Below are positions 16,742 to 23,445 of a DNA stretch of 32,000 nucleotides, piece by piece (the stretch's first letter is position 1; the number at the start of each line of letters is the position of its first letter). Under the pieces are notes generated by a model. That model did not search any database and was not told the DNA's origin. It saw only the letters and a program-made list of their open reading frames with translations. The DNA lies in the NCBI RefSeq assembly GCF_000423885.1, contig NZ_AUIV01000002.1, forward strand, positions 1 through 32,000, given 5' to 3'. The DNA is from Thermomonas fusca DSM 15424. GTDB lineage: Bacteria; Pseudomonadota; Gammaproteobacteria; Xanthomonadales; Xanthomonadaceae. Position numbers and translations under genes: made by a program.

Positions 16742-17884
16742 ATGCCAGCGCTATATCAACTTGCCCTGCTCGGCACCCCAACGGCAGCTCAAATTTCCGA
16801 ACTTGAGGAAGTTGTCGGAAAGGCTGTCGGCATGTTCAATTTGCGGTTGGGGCATGAGATTGGATGGGAGGTTTGTCCCGATGAATTCAATCCAGACCAA
16901 CAGCGATCGTCTGCGGCGGCATTTTTCGGAGGTCATGAGCCTCCCCTTGCGAATGTGGCAAGGCTCCTGGCGCGAGGCATCCCGCTGCTCCCAGTCGCCT
17001 CTGACATCAATCGAGTCGGCGCAGAAATCCCCGCCTTGCTGCAACCGCTCAACTGCTTGGCATACACCGCTGGCGGGGCGCAACGTGTCGCAACTGCTTT
17101 GCTGGAATGTGCAGGGCTCCTTCCTCGACAGCGCCGGGTGTTCGTAAGCTATCGGCGGGGCGAGGCTAGGGAAGCTGCCTTGCAGTTGTTCGATGCGCTG
17201 TCTGCTCGGCTATTCGATGTGTTTCTCGATACACATGGCATTCCACCTGCTGAAGATTTTCAGACCATGCTATGGCATCGGCTTTGTGACTCGGATGTCC
17301 TGCTGATGCTCGACACCCCAGGATACTTTGAAAGCCGTTGGACGAGTGCGGAATTCGGCCGCGCTCTGGCCAAAGGCATCAGCGTCTTGCGGGTGGGGTG
17401 GCCGGATACAACGCCTTCTGCGCGTACGGCGACGGCCAGTCGGGCGGAACTGCTACCCGAAGAAGTCGATCCGGCGACCGGACGCATCGCAGACGGCGCG
17501 GTGGATCGCATCTGTCTTCAGTTGGAGGAAGTTCGCAGCCAGAGCCATGCGGTTCGCTCTGTCAATCTCGTGAGCAATCTGCGCAACGCTATTCAAACAA
17601 TCGGCGGCCAAGTTGTCGGAGTGGGCGCCAACAGAGCTGTTTATGTCCAACTGCCGGATGGGCGGAATGTAGTTGTTTATCCAACAGTCGGAGTTCCCAC
17701 GTCAACTACATTGCACGATGCGTCTACGAATTCACCGGAACAATCCGTTGCCGTTGTCTACGATCACGTAGGCCTGCATCCTAGGTGGCTGGGCCATCTG
17801 GACTGGCTGGGTCAGCACATTCACTCCGCCAGGTGGGTTAAAGCCAGCGAGGCGGGTTGGCAATTCGCTGACTGGGCGGCGTAG
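16742..17884 (+). CDS. TIR-domain protein (380 aa) with unassigned N- and C-terminal regions
   Basis: The central RVFVSYRRGEAREAALQLFDAL....VFLD....., DVLLMLDTPGYFESRWTSAEFGRALAKGISVLRV gives the TIR strand-helix pattern with an S-x-W-x-x-x-E glutamate. GAGGAAAGG lies before ATG 16742. Confidence 0.8.
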   Translation: MPALYQLALLGTPTAAQISELEEVVGKAVGMFNLRLGHEIGWEVCPDEFNPDQQRSSAAAFFGGHEPPLANVARLLARGIPLLPVASDINRVGAEIPALLQPLNCLAYTAGGAQRVATALLECAGLLPRQRRVFVSYRRGEAREAALQLFDALSARLFDVFLDTHGIPPAEDFQTMLWHRLCDSDVLLMLDTPGYFESRWTSAEFGRALAKGISVLRVGWPDTTPSARTATASRAELLPEEVDPATGRIADGAVDRICLQLEEVRSQSHAVRSVNLVSNLRNAIQTIGGQVVGVGANRAVYVQLPDGRNVVVYPTVGVPTSTTLHDASTNSPEQSVAVVYDHVGLHPRWLGHLDWLGQHIHSARWVKASEAGWQFADWAA

Positions 17885-17886
17885 CC

Positions 17887-18474
17887 ATGAGCGCAATATT
17901 CCTCTCGGCCAGCGTGCCACTTGTTGGACGTGGCACCTACCACGAAACTGCCAATCCATTTCTCATCCAATGTGCGGTGAGAGAACTGGTCATAGCAGTC
18001 ATTCGCCAGCACAAGATCGTCTGGGGTGGGCATCCTGCGATTACCCCGATGATTTGGAGCATATGTGAAGACTTGGGCGTCGATTACTCGCAGTCTGTCG
18101 TCTTGTATCAGAGCACGTTCTTTGCAGATGTGTTCCCTGAAGAGAACAAGCATTTCCAGAATGTAGTTTTCACTGACGCTGTCCCCAATGACAAGGCGGC
18201 GAGCTTGCTTGTCATGCGTGAAAAGATGCTCTCGCGTGCGGACCTAAGCGCTGCTGTGTTTATTGGTGGAATGGATGGGGTAGAAACCGAGCATGAGCTT
18301 TTCAGGCGATTCCATCCTGCAGCCAAGGTGCTCCCGGTGTCCTCGCCGGGCGGAGCGGCGTTGAATCTAGCCAAGGACCATGGCTATTTCACCGGTGAAG
18401 CGCTCGTTGATGTGGACTTCGCTCAGCTCTTCCATACGCACCTGGCGGTGCCCTTGGCTGGCAAACCAAGTTAA
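17887..18474 (+). CDS. SLOG/LOG-superfamily Rossmannoid protein (TIR-associated SLOG, TPALS-like)
   Basis: Has IFLSASVP.., VWGGHPAITP and VFIGGMDGVETEHELF (the GGxxGxxxE signature). The ATG is 2 nt after the upstream stop. Confidence 0.65.
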   Translation: MSAIFLSASVPLVGRGTYHETANPFLIQCAVRELVIAVIRQHKIVWGGHPAITPMIWSICEDLGVDYSQSVVLYQSTFFADVFPEENKHFQNVVFTDAVPNDKAASLLVMREKMLSRADLSAAVFIGGMDGVETEHELFRRFHPAAKVLPVSSPGGAALNLAKDHGYFTGEALVDVDFAQLFHTHLAVPLAGKPS

Positions 18475-18520
18475 TTCATTTCTCGGCGCTGGCCTCTAGA
18501 ACATCAACCGAGGATTGTTC

Positions 18521-19006
18521 ATGCCACGGAAAGTCTTCTACAGCTTTCACTATCAGCGCGACAGTTGGCGCGCCTCCAAGATACGCAATATTGGCGTTGT
18601 AGAGGGCAACCCGTCAGCGACCGATAACAAATGGGAAGAGGTGAAGCGAGGCGGAGACGCCGCGATCAAGCGCTGGATCGACGACCAATTGCAAGGGCGG
18701 ACTTGCACCATTGTTTTGATTGGCACGGAAACGGCAAATCGCCCCTGGATTCGATATGAGATCGAGCAATCATGGAACAGCGGAAAGGGGCTCTTGGGGA
18801 TACGTATCCACAAACTGCTGGACCACAACCAGCAACCATCGGTGGCGGGGGAAAATCCATTCGATTCATTTACCTTGAATGACGGTAGAAAACTATCCAC
18901 CGTCGCCCGCGTCTACGATCCGCCAGGGACCAGCAGTAGCGCGGTCTACACCTCTATCAGCGACAACTTGTCGAACTGGATCGAAGCAGCGATCGCCGCG
19001 CGCTAG
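18521..19006 (+). CDS. TIR-like (DUF1863/ThsB-type) protein (161 aa)
   Basis: Has KVFYSFHYQRDSWRASKIRN.., CTIVLIGTETANRPWIRYEIEQSW..GKGLLGIRI. GAGGA lies 6 nt upstream of ATG 18521. Confidence 0.75.
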   Translation: MPRKVFYSFHYQRDSWRASKIRNIGVVEGNPSATDNKWEEVKRGGDAAIKRWIDDQLQGRTCTIVLIGTETANRPWIRYEIEQSWNSGKGLLGIRIHKLLDHNQQPSVAGENPFDSFTLNDGRKLSTVARVYDPPGTSSSAVYTSISDNLSNWIEAAIAAR

Positions 19007-19009
19007 AAG

Positions 19010-19684
19010 TCAGAGCACTTCGTCAAACAACGATCCGGTACTCATGGGGTACCCATAGAGTTCCGAGATTTGCGACTGGAATTGTGTCTGTCCACCGTAG
19101 CTGGGGTGCCTCACGCAAATCACCGGCACAGCATCTGTGATGCGATGAGCTGCAGCGGCGGCATCGTTGCCGATGGCGACGATGCGAGAAGGCTTCAGCA
19201 GGACAATGAGTTGCTGGAGCAGTTCTTCGCCTGCTCGCCTTTCTTGCGCGTTGTGCTGGCGGTTAGTAAACGGATCTCCGGATTCATGCGGATGAAGGGG
19301 AAAGACGTTCCAAAGGAAGATGCGAGCATCAATGTGTTCCAGCATGCCCCATATGACCGCCGCAGTTCGCTCGGCTACAGCGCTTCCTATCGTGGGCCGC
19401 TCTGCGACCAGATCGAGATTCCAGCGCTTAGCGTGCTGGCCCATGTGCACGTCATCAGTCAGGGCTAAACCAGTACGGCGCCCTCCGCGATATCCGAGAT
19501 CCCTTCCGATCCAGATGGCATCTACAGACTCCTCGGTTGCACGACGCAGCATGGCGGAGAGTGCTGCAGCGCGGCGCCGTGGCGCATCGCGCCGATCATG
19601 GACTTCACATCGATCCGAATACGGATTGAAGCAGTCTTCGAATTGCAGCGAAGCAACTGCCTCAACGAATGGATGGATCTTCAT
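19010..19684 (-). CDS. Uracil-DNA-glycosylase-superfamily protein
   Basis: Motif A-like IWIGRDLGYRGGRRTGLALTDD, then NVFPLHPH and motif B-like VRHPSYGG. Start overlaps the upstream stop (ATGA). Confidence 0.7.
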   Translation of the reverse strand: MKIHPFVEAVASLQFEDCFNPYSDRCEVHDRRDAPRRRAAALSAMLRRATEESVDAIWIGRDLGYRGGRRTGLALTDDVHMGQHAKRWNLDLVAERPTIGSAVAERTAAVIWGMLEHIDARIFLWNVFPLHPHESGDPFTNRQHNAQERRAGEELLQQLIVLLKPSRIVAIGNDAAAAAHRITDAVPVICVRHPSYGGQTQFQSQISELYGYPMSTGSLFDEVL

Positions 19685-20817
19685 TTTTCGGACTCAAGTG
19701 ACATGTATTTGATGGTGCGTTGTTCTCGGTTTCCAATGATCCAGCCGCCTTGATTTGCCTTGAGCTGTCGGAAAACAGCATACCCTTCCAGGATAGCTTT
19801 TTCCCAGAGCTTCAGCGGGCATTTCTCTACTTCATAACCGCTCACAAACTCGCCGATGGTTTTGAGAATTCCGAGTGAGACTTTCTCCTGATTCTCGAAG
19901 AAATTCAGTTCTTTGGCTCTTGAAAAAATCCAGGCAGCAACTCCTTCCTCAACGACGATGGCTCGGCCACTGTCCTGCTCTTCATCGAATTTCGGATTGC
20001 TCTTCCGCTTGTGCCTGATCAATGCCCGCATCACGGGCGACCAGTGAAGGATCGCCGCGTTAGCAAAATGGAAAACGTCATGGAACCGGTAGCCATCGCG
20101 GTCGGCAATGTTGTCAGTCAAAGGGTCTCCAATGAACACTCCATTCCATTGGAGATAGCTTTTGCCACTACCTCGTTGGTTGACGCGGATTCTGAATTCT
20201 CTGGGCAACTGTTCCTCGATTCCAAATTTACTATCGAAATCAAGGTCAAGCAGATCATCTGCTTGTGGCTCCAAGAACGCACCGCGAGCTTTACGAAGGT
20301 TGGAGCGAGCCACTTCCGAAAATGCTAGCTCGGCCGCATGGATTGCATCCAAGTAAGCCCGTGCGAACGCGACCAATTCAGTGCGCGCAGGGGTACTTCC
20401 CAATAGCGCTGCGGCTGACTGCCCCAAACGTACAAGAGTAGTGTCTAACGATGCAGGCGCAGCAATAGGCACTGCGATATAGGCCATTGCACCTTCGGCG
20501 ATATCACTTGCAGCACCAACATTCTTGAAATTTCCGTGATTGGCCGCTTCCCCGAAGATCTCATCGAGAGGAACATTCAAGCGCCTGCAGATTGCAGCCA
20601 GGTACCAAAGGGTGTCGCCAAATTCTTCTTCCGCAGCTTTCTTAAAGCCAGGGTATGCCGATTTGTCACGAACATGTTTTTTAACCGTGGCCATTATTCC
20701 GCCAACTTCTCCGTACAGTCCTTGGAGAACCGGATTGAAGTCGCTCGGATTGAGCACGTCCGTGGCTGCAATTTCTGCAGCGTAATCCGAAAGCAAGAGG
20801 GAGCCTTCCTTTTTCAT
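19681..20817 (-). CDS. MazG-like nucleoside triphosphate pyrophosphohydrolase domain protein with an about 190-aa C-terminal extension
   Basis: N-terminal GLYGEVGGI...AAEEEFGDTLWYLAAICRRLNVPLDEI is the EExxD metal-binding helix pair of all-alpha NTP-PPases. The C-terminal half (DGYRFHDVFHF.., IVVEEG) is unassigned. Confidence 0.7.
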   Translation of the reverse strand: MKKEGSLLLSDYAAEIAATDVLNPSDFNPVLQGLYGEVGGIMATVKKHVRDKSAYPGFKKAAEEEFGDTLWYLAAICRRLNVPLDEIFGEAANHGNFKNVGAASDIAEGAMAYIAVPIAAPASLDTTLVRLGQSAAALLGSTPARTELVAFARAYLDAIHAAELAFSEVARSNLRKARGAFLEPQADDLLDLDFDSKFGIEEQLPREFRIRVNQRGSGKSYLQWNGVFIGDPLTDNIADRDGYRFHDVFHFANAAILHWSPVMRALIRHKRKSNPKFDEEQDSGRAIVVEEGVAAWIFSRAKELNFFENQEKVSLGILKTIGEFVSGYEVEKCPLKLWEKAILEGYAVFRQLKANQGGWIIGNREQRTIKYMSLESEK

Positions 20818-20820
20818 CGG

Positions 20821-21447
20821 TCACCTGCGAAGCGTCAGCCATTCAAAGGGGGCGCCTTGGTAGCCGCTCACGGCCAAGCTGCGTATCCAATGCTCAAGAT
20901 TCGCGACCAATTGCGCATCGTCAAAGGTGGTGAGACCTATTCCAGTTTTACATAGAGGACGTCCCTGCTGATCATGCAACTCATTGGGAAACTCAGGCCC
21001 CTCCCCCCCAAAATATACGAAATCGTTGCTGATTAAAACCCTGTTGACGCCCGTATCACGAGCAACGTGATCAGGGTTCAGAGAGCCATCAGGGCGGGAG
21101 TGGAACGAATCGCGCTGTTGCCAAGCAGCCCCAGCCGCAACTCTGAAATAAATGTTGTCCCCGCAACTTTGCTTCCGACTGCCATTGCGGTACGGCTTCT
21201 TGGATTCAAAACGCGGGTCTCGGCCGTACTCGTCAAATGTCATTGCCTCGGTGACCCGCATCGCATAGACCAGGTGCCCACCGCGTCGAACACTTTGATC
21301 ATTGCTTCCGCTGCCAACCACCCAATCACCAATGTTGGCGCTTCTTCGGATGCTGGGTTTGCAAGTCGCGAGCGTGCAGTAGCTGTAAAAGGGGTTGGGC
21401 GCAAAACCACTGTCGTACCGCACGACATAGGAGTGAATACGTGCCAT
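20821..21447 (-). CDS. Nmad2-like (nucleotide-modification-associated domain) protein
   Basis: The N-terminal HSYVVRYDSGFAPNPF..YCTLATCKPSIRR pattern matches my memory of the Nmad2 family. This assignment is tentative. Confidence 0.5.
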   Translation of the reverse strand: MARIHSYVVRYDSGFAPNPFYSYCTLATCKPSIRRSANIGDWVVGSGSNDQSVRRGGHLVYAMRVTEAMTFDEYGRDPRFESKKPYRNGSRKQSCGDNIYFRVAAGAAWQQRDSFHSRPDGSLNPDHVARDTGVNRVLISNDFVYFGGEGPEFPNELHDQQGRPLCKTGIGLTTFDDAQLVANLEHWIRSLAVSGYQGAPFEWLTLRR

Positions 21448-21914
21448 CAGCAGGGATGCCGCTTGAGTGGAACCGGGTCGCAGGCACCGCCGTCAGGCTT
21501 TTCCCACGAATCCTTTCCGTTGATCGCGTCGATGATTGAATCACCGTTCCACCCAACCAGTGCGTCCGCATGTTCTTTCAGCGCATCCGGCAGGTCGCAT
21601 TCCTTTTCGCCATGCTCCCAAACACCAACAATGCGCTTGCCCTGTTTGGCCGCGTATTCGATTTCCCAGTTCACCCAATCGCTGTTCTTGGTTTGGGGTG
21701 AGACATAGCAAATGAACACCCCAGCCCAATTGATGGCAGGCGCAAGGATCTGCGTCTTGATGTAGTGCTCATCAGTGGCATTGTTGAACTTTCCTGTGTG
21801 GATGGAGGAATCCCGGACTTCCACCCCCTTCGGCGCCAACAAATCCTTGAGCTTCTGGAGCCCATGATCGTCCTTATGGACATGGCTGATGAATACGTTC
21901 CTTTTGTCTGCCAC
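21447..21914 (-). CDS. Stand-alone TIR-domain protein (155 aa)
   Basis: Has NVFISHVHKDD..L.KLKDLL, VFICYVSPQTKNSDWVNWEIEYAAKQGKRIVGVW (S-x-W-x-x-x-E). GTG start with GGAGG 6 nt upstream. Confidence 0.8.
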   Translation of the reverse strand: MADKRNVFISHVHKDDHGLQKLKDLLAPKGVEVRDSSIHTGKFNNATDEHYIKTQILAPAINWAGVFICYVSPQTKNSDWVNWEIEYAAKQGKRIVGVWEHGEKECDLPDALKEHADALVGWNGDSIIDAINGKDSWEKPDGGACDPVPLKRHPC

Positions 21915-22182
21915 CTGTCACCTCCATGGTTTCGCATGTTTTGATGGATCGTAACCGGGTTTACCGCCGGCGTGGTAGGGGCTCCTGGCCAGCTTGAGGT
22001 CGAACTGCTGCCGGACGGGCCGAGAGTCAAAATCCATCGCTTTGGGCGAGGCGAAGCGCGCTGGTTGGGACATGACGCTTAACCGAGTGCGCACGAAGCC
22101 GTAGACCTCCTATGCCCTCCTACGCCACAACAGGTTGTGCCGATAGGTACTGAAATTCACCATATCGCCATGCAGCGTATTC

Positions 22183-22566
22183 ATGGAGTTCGAGGTGAAA
22201 ACCCTATCGCACCTATCCAATGTGCTCGAGGCCGTCCCCGGCCAGTCTCTCCCTTTGCCTGGGACGGAGGCCTACGAGGCGCTGCCACAGTTCCCCAAGC
22301 GCAGTCCACTTCCATTTCGGCGCACCATCCGCCGTCATGAGTTGCGTCAGATCGTCCCCTTGGCCGAAACGACGATCTACGAAATGGAGCGTCGCGGCGA
22401 GTTCCCTCGGCGTTTCAATCTGACGCCGCGCTGCGTGGTGTGGGACCTGGCCGAGGTGGAGGCCTGGATCGAGGAGCGCAAGCAAGCCCCTCGCATCAGC
22501 GCCGCCAAGCCGGATGTCCACCTGCGAAAAACCCGCCCTGTTCGGGCGGGTTCCGGTCGGGAATGA
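22183..22566 (+). CDS. alpA: AlpA-family phage/island regulatory protein (start uncertain: ATG 22183 or GTG 22195)
   Basis: The core LRQIVPLAETTIYEMERRGEFPRRFNLTPRCVVWDLAEVEAWIEERK is the AlpA HTH. The N-terminal about 55 aa is unusual for the family. Confidence 0.7.
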   Translation: MEFEVKTLSHLSNVLEAVPGQSLPLPGTEAYEALPQFPKRSPLPFRRTIRRHELRQIVPLAETTIYEMERRGEFPRRFNLTPRCVVWDLAEVEAWIEERKQAPRISAAKPDVHLRKTRPVRAGSGRE

Positions 22567-22580
22567 GGCTGGCGACGGCC

Positions 22581-23105
22581 TCATTCAACGAGAGCTTCCA
22601 GCTCGTCGGAAGCTGAGCGCGATAACCGCCGCCCCTCCTTGACCACGTTGACCTGCAAGGCAACGCACGCCACCTCCAGAACGTCCATGGCCAGCGAGTA
22701 GCTACCCTTTGCCTGCAGCCAGGCCAGCACATCCGCCAAGTGCCAGATCGACGCGCTGCCCTCATGCACCGGCGCTGGGAAGCTGCCCGGATGGGCCAGC
22801 ATCAGCTTGCGCATGTTCTGCCGCGACACGCCCACGATGTCGGCCACGTCGGTCAGCCCAACCAGATCCGGTGCGACTTCGATCAGCCTGGCCGCTGGCA
22901 CCGCGCTCCGCACGTCGGCCAACGCGCTGCGCACAGCCGCGTCCGCACTGTCCGCCTCTCGGGTGAACTCCAGCGCGAGCCGCCCCGGCTGCCCGATGCC
23001 GACCAGGGCATCGTCGCACCCGGCCTCGCCCAGACGCTCGACCAGTGCATCCGGGTCACGGTCATCGTCGGTGAGTTGGTATTTCAGGGTGAAGGTGTAT
23101 TCCAT
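22581..23105 (-). CDS. HTH DNA-binding protein, antitoxin-like (174 aa)
   Basis: MEYTFTLKYQL.. N-terminal alpha/beta domain plus LTDVADIVGVSRQNMRKLMLAHPGSFPAPV....SIWHLADVLAWL HTH. Begins 4 nt after the upstream gene. Confidence 0.6.
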   Translation of the reverse strand: MEYTFTLKYQLTDDDRDPDALVERLGEAGCDDALVGIGQPGRLALEFTREADSADAAVRSALADVRSAVPAARLIEVAPDLVGLTDVADIVGVSRQNMRKLMLAHPGSFPAPVHEGSASIWHLADVLAWLQAKGSYSLAMDVLEVACVALQVNVVKEGRRLSRSASDELEALVE

Positions 23106-23109
23106 CGTG

Positions 23110-23385
23110 CTACTCCTCGGCATCGTCGGCTGCCTCCTGCTGCTTGCGGTGCGTCGTGCAGTTGTCCACGACTCGCCGCAAGGCACGCGCATGGTTGCCA
23201 GGGTTCTTCGGCGTACTCCACACGCTGGTGATACAGAACTCGCCGCAGCGACACTCCGCATCGTTGTACGGACAATAAATCCGCCCCCAGGCGTGGCTGC
23301 CACCGACTTCCACACGCCAGCCCTGCCCTTCGGCGTGCCTGAGTGCTTCCTCGACTTCTTTCTTCGGATGAGAGGACCGGGCCAT
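23110..23385 (-). CDS. Small Cys/His-rich protein (91 aa), possible toxin partner
   Basis: Starts MARSSHPKKEVEEALRHAEGQGWRV...GSHAWGRIYCP..DAECRCGEFCITSVWSTPKNPGNHA. GGAG lies 7 nt before ATG 23385. Confidence 0.55.
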   Translation of the reverse strand: MARSSHPKKEVEEALRHAEGQGWRVEVGGSHAWGRIYCPYNDAECRCGEFCITSVWSTPKNPGNHARALRRVVDNCTTHRKQQEAADDAEE

Positions 23386-23412
23386 CAACAGTCTCCAGTA
23401 TGAGAATACTTA

Positions 23413-23438
23413 CCAAGGTTGTCAAGTGACAACCTTGG
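23413..23438. promoter_or_regulatory. Perfect 12-bp-arm palindrome CCAAGGTTGTCA-AG-TGACAACCTTGG between the int stop and the small-protein operon
   Basis: Read directly. It starts 8 nt downstream of the int stop and 28 nt upstream of ATG 23385, so it could be an int terminator hairpin, an operator, or both. Confidence 0.5.
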
Positions 23439-23445
23439 TCCTGCT

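Noticed and set aside
16742-19006. Calling the TIR/SLOG/TIR-like operon a canonical type I Thoeris system
   Set aside because: Type I ThsA is a SIR2-SLOG fusion. Here the SLOG protein is stand-alone (195 aa), and no SIR2, Macro-TM or protease effector is present, so the label would be unsupported.
22183-22350. N-terminal about 55 residues of the alpA ORF as a distinct domain
   Set aside because: There is no recognisable motif, and the segment overlaps the paired GATAG sites and a promoter-like sequence. I keep the long ORF as the feature because no better in-frame ATG/GTG start with an RBS is visible, but I flag the start as uncertain.
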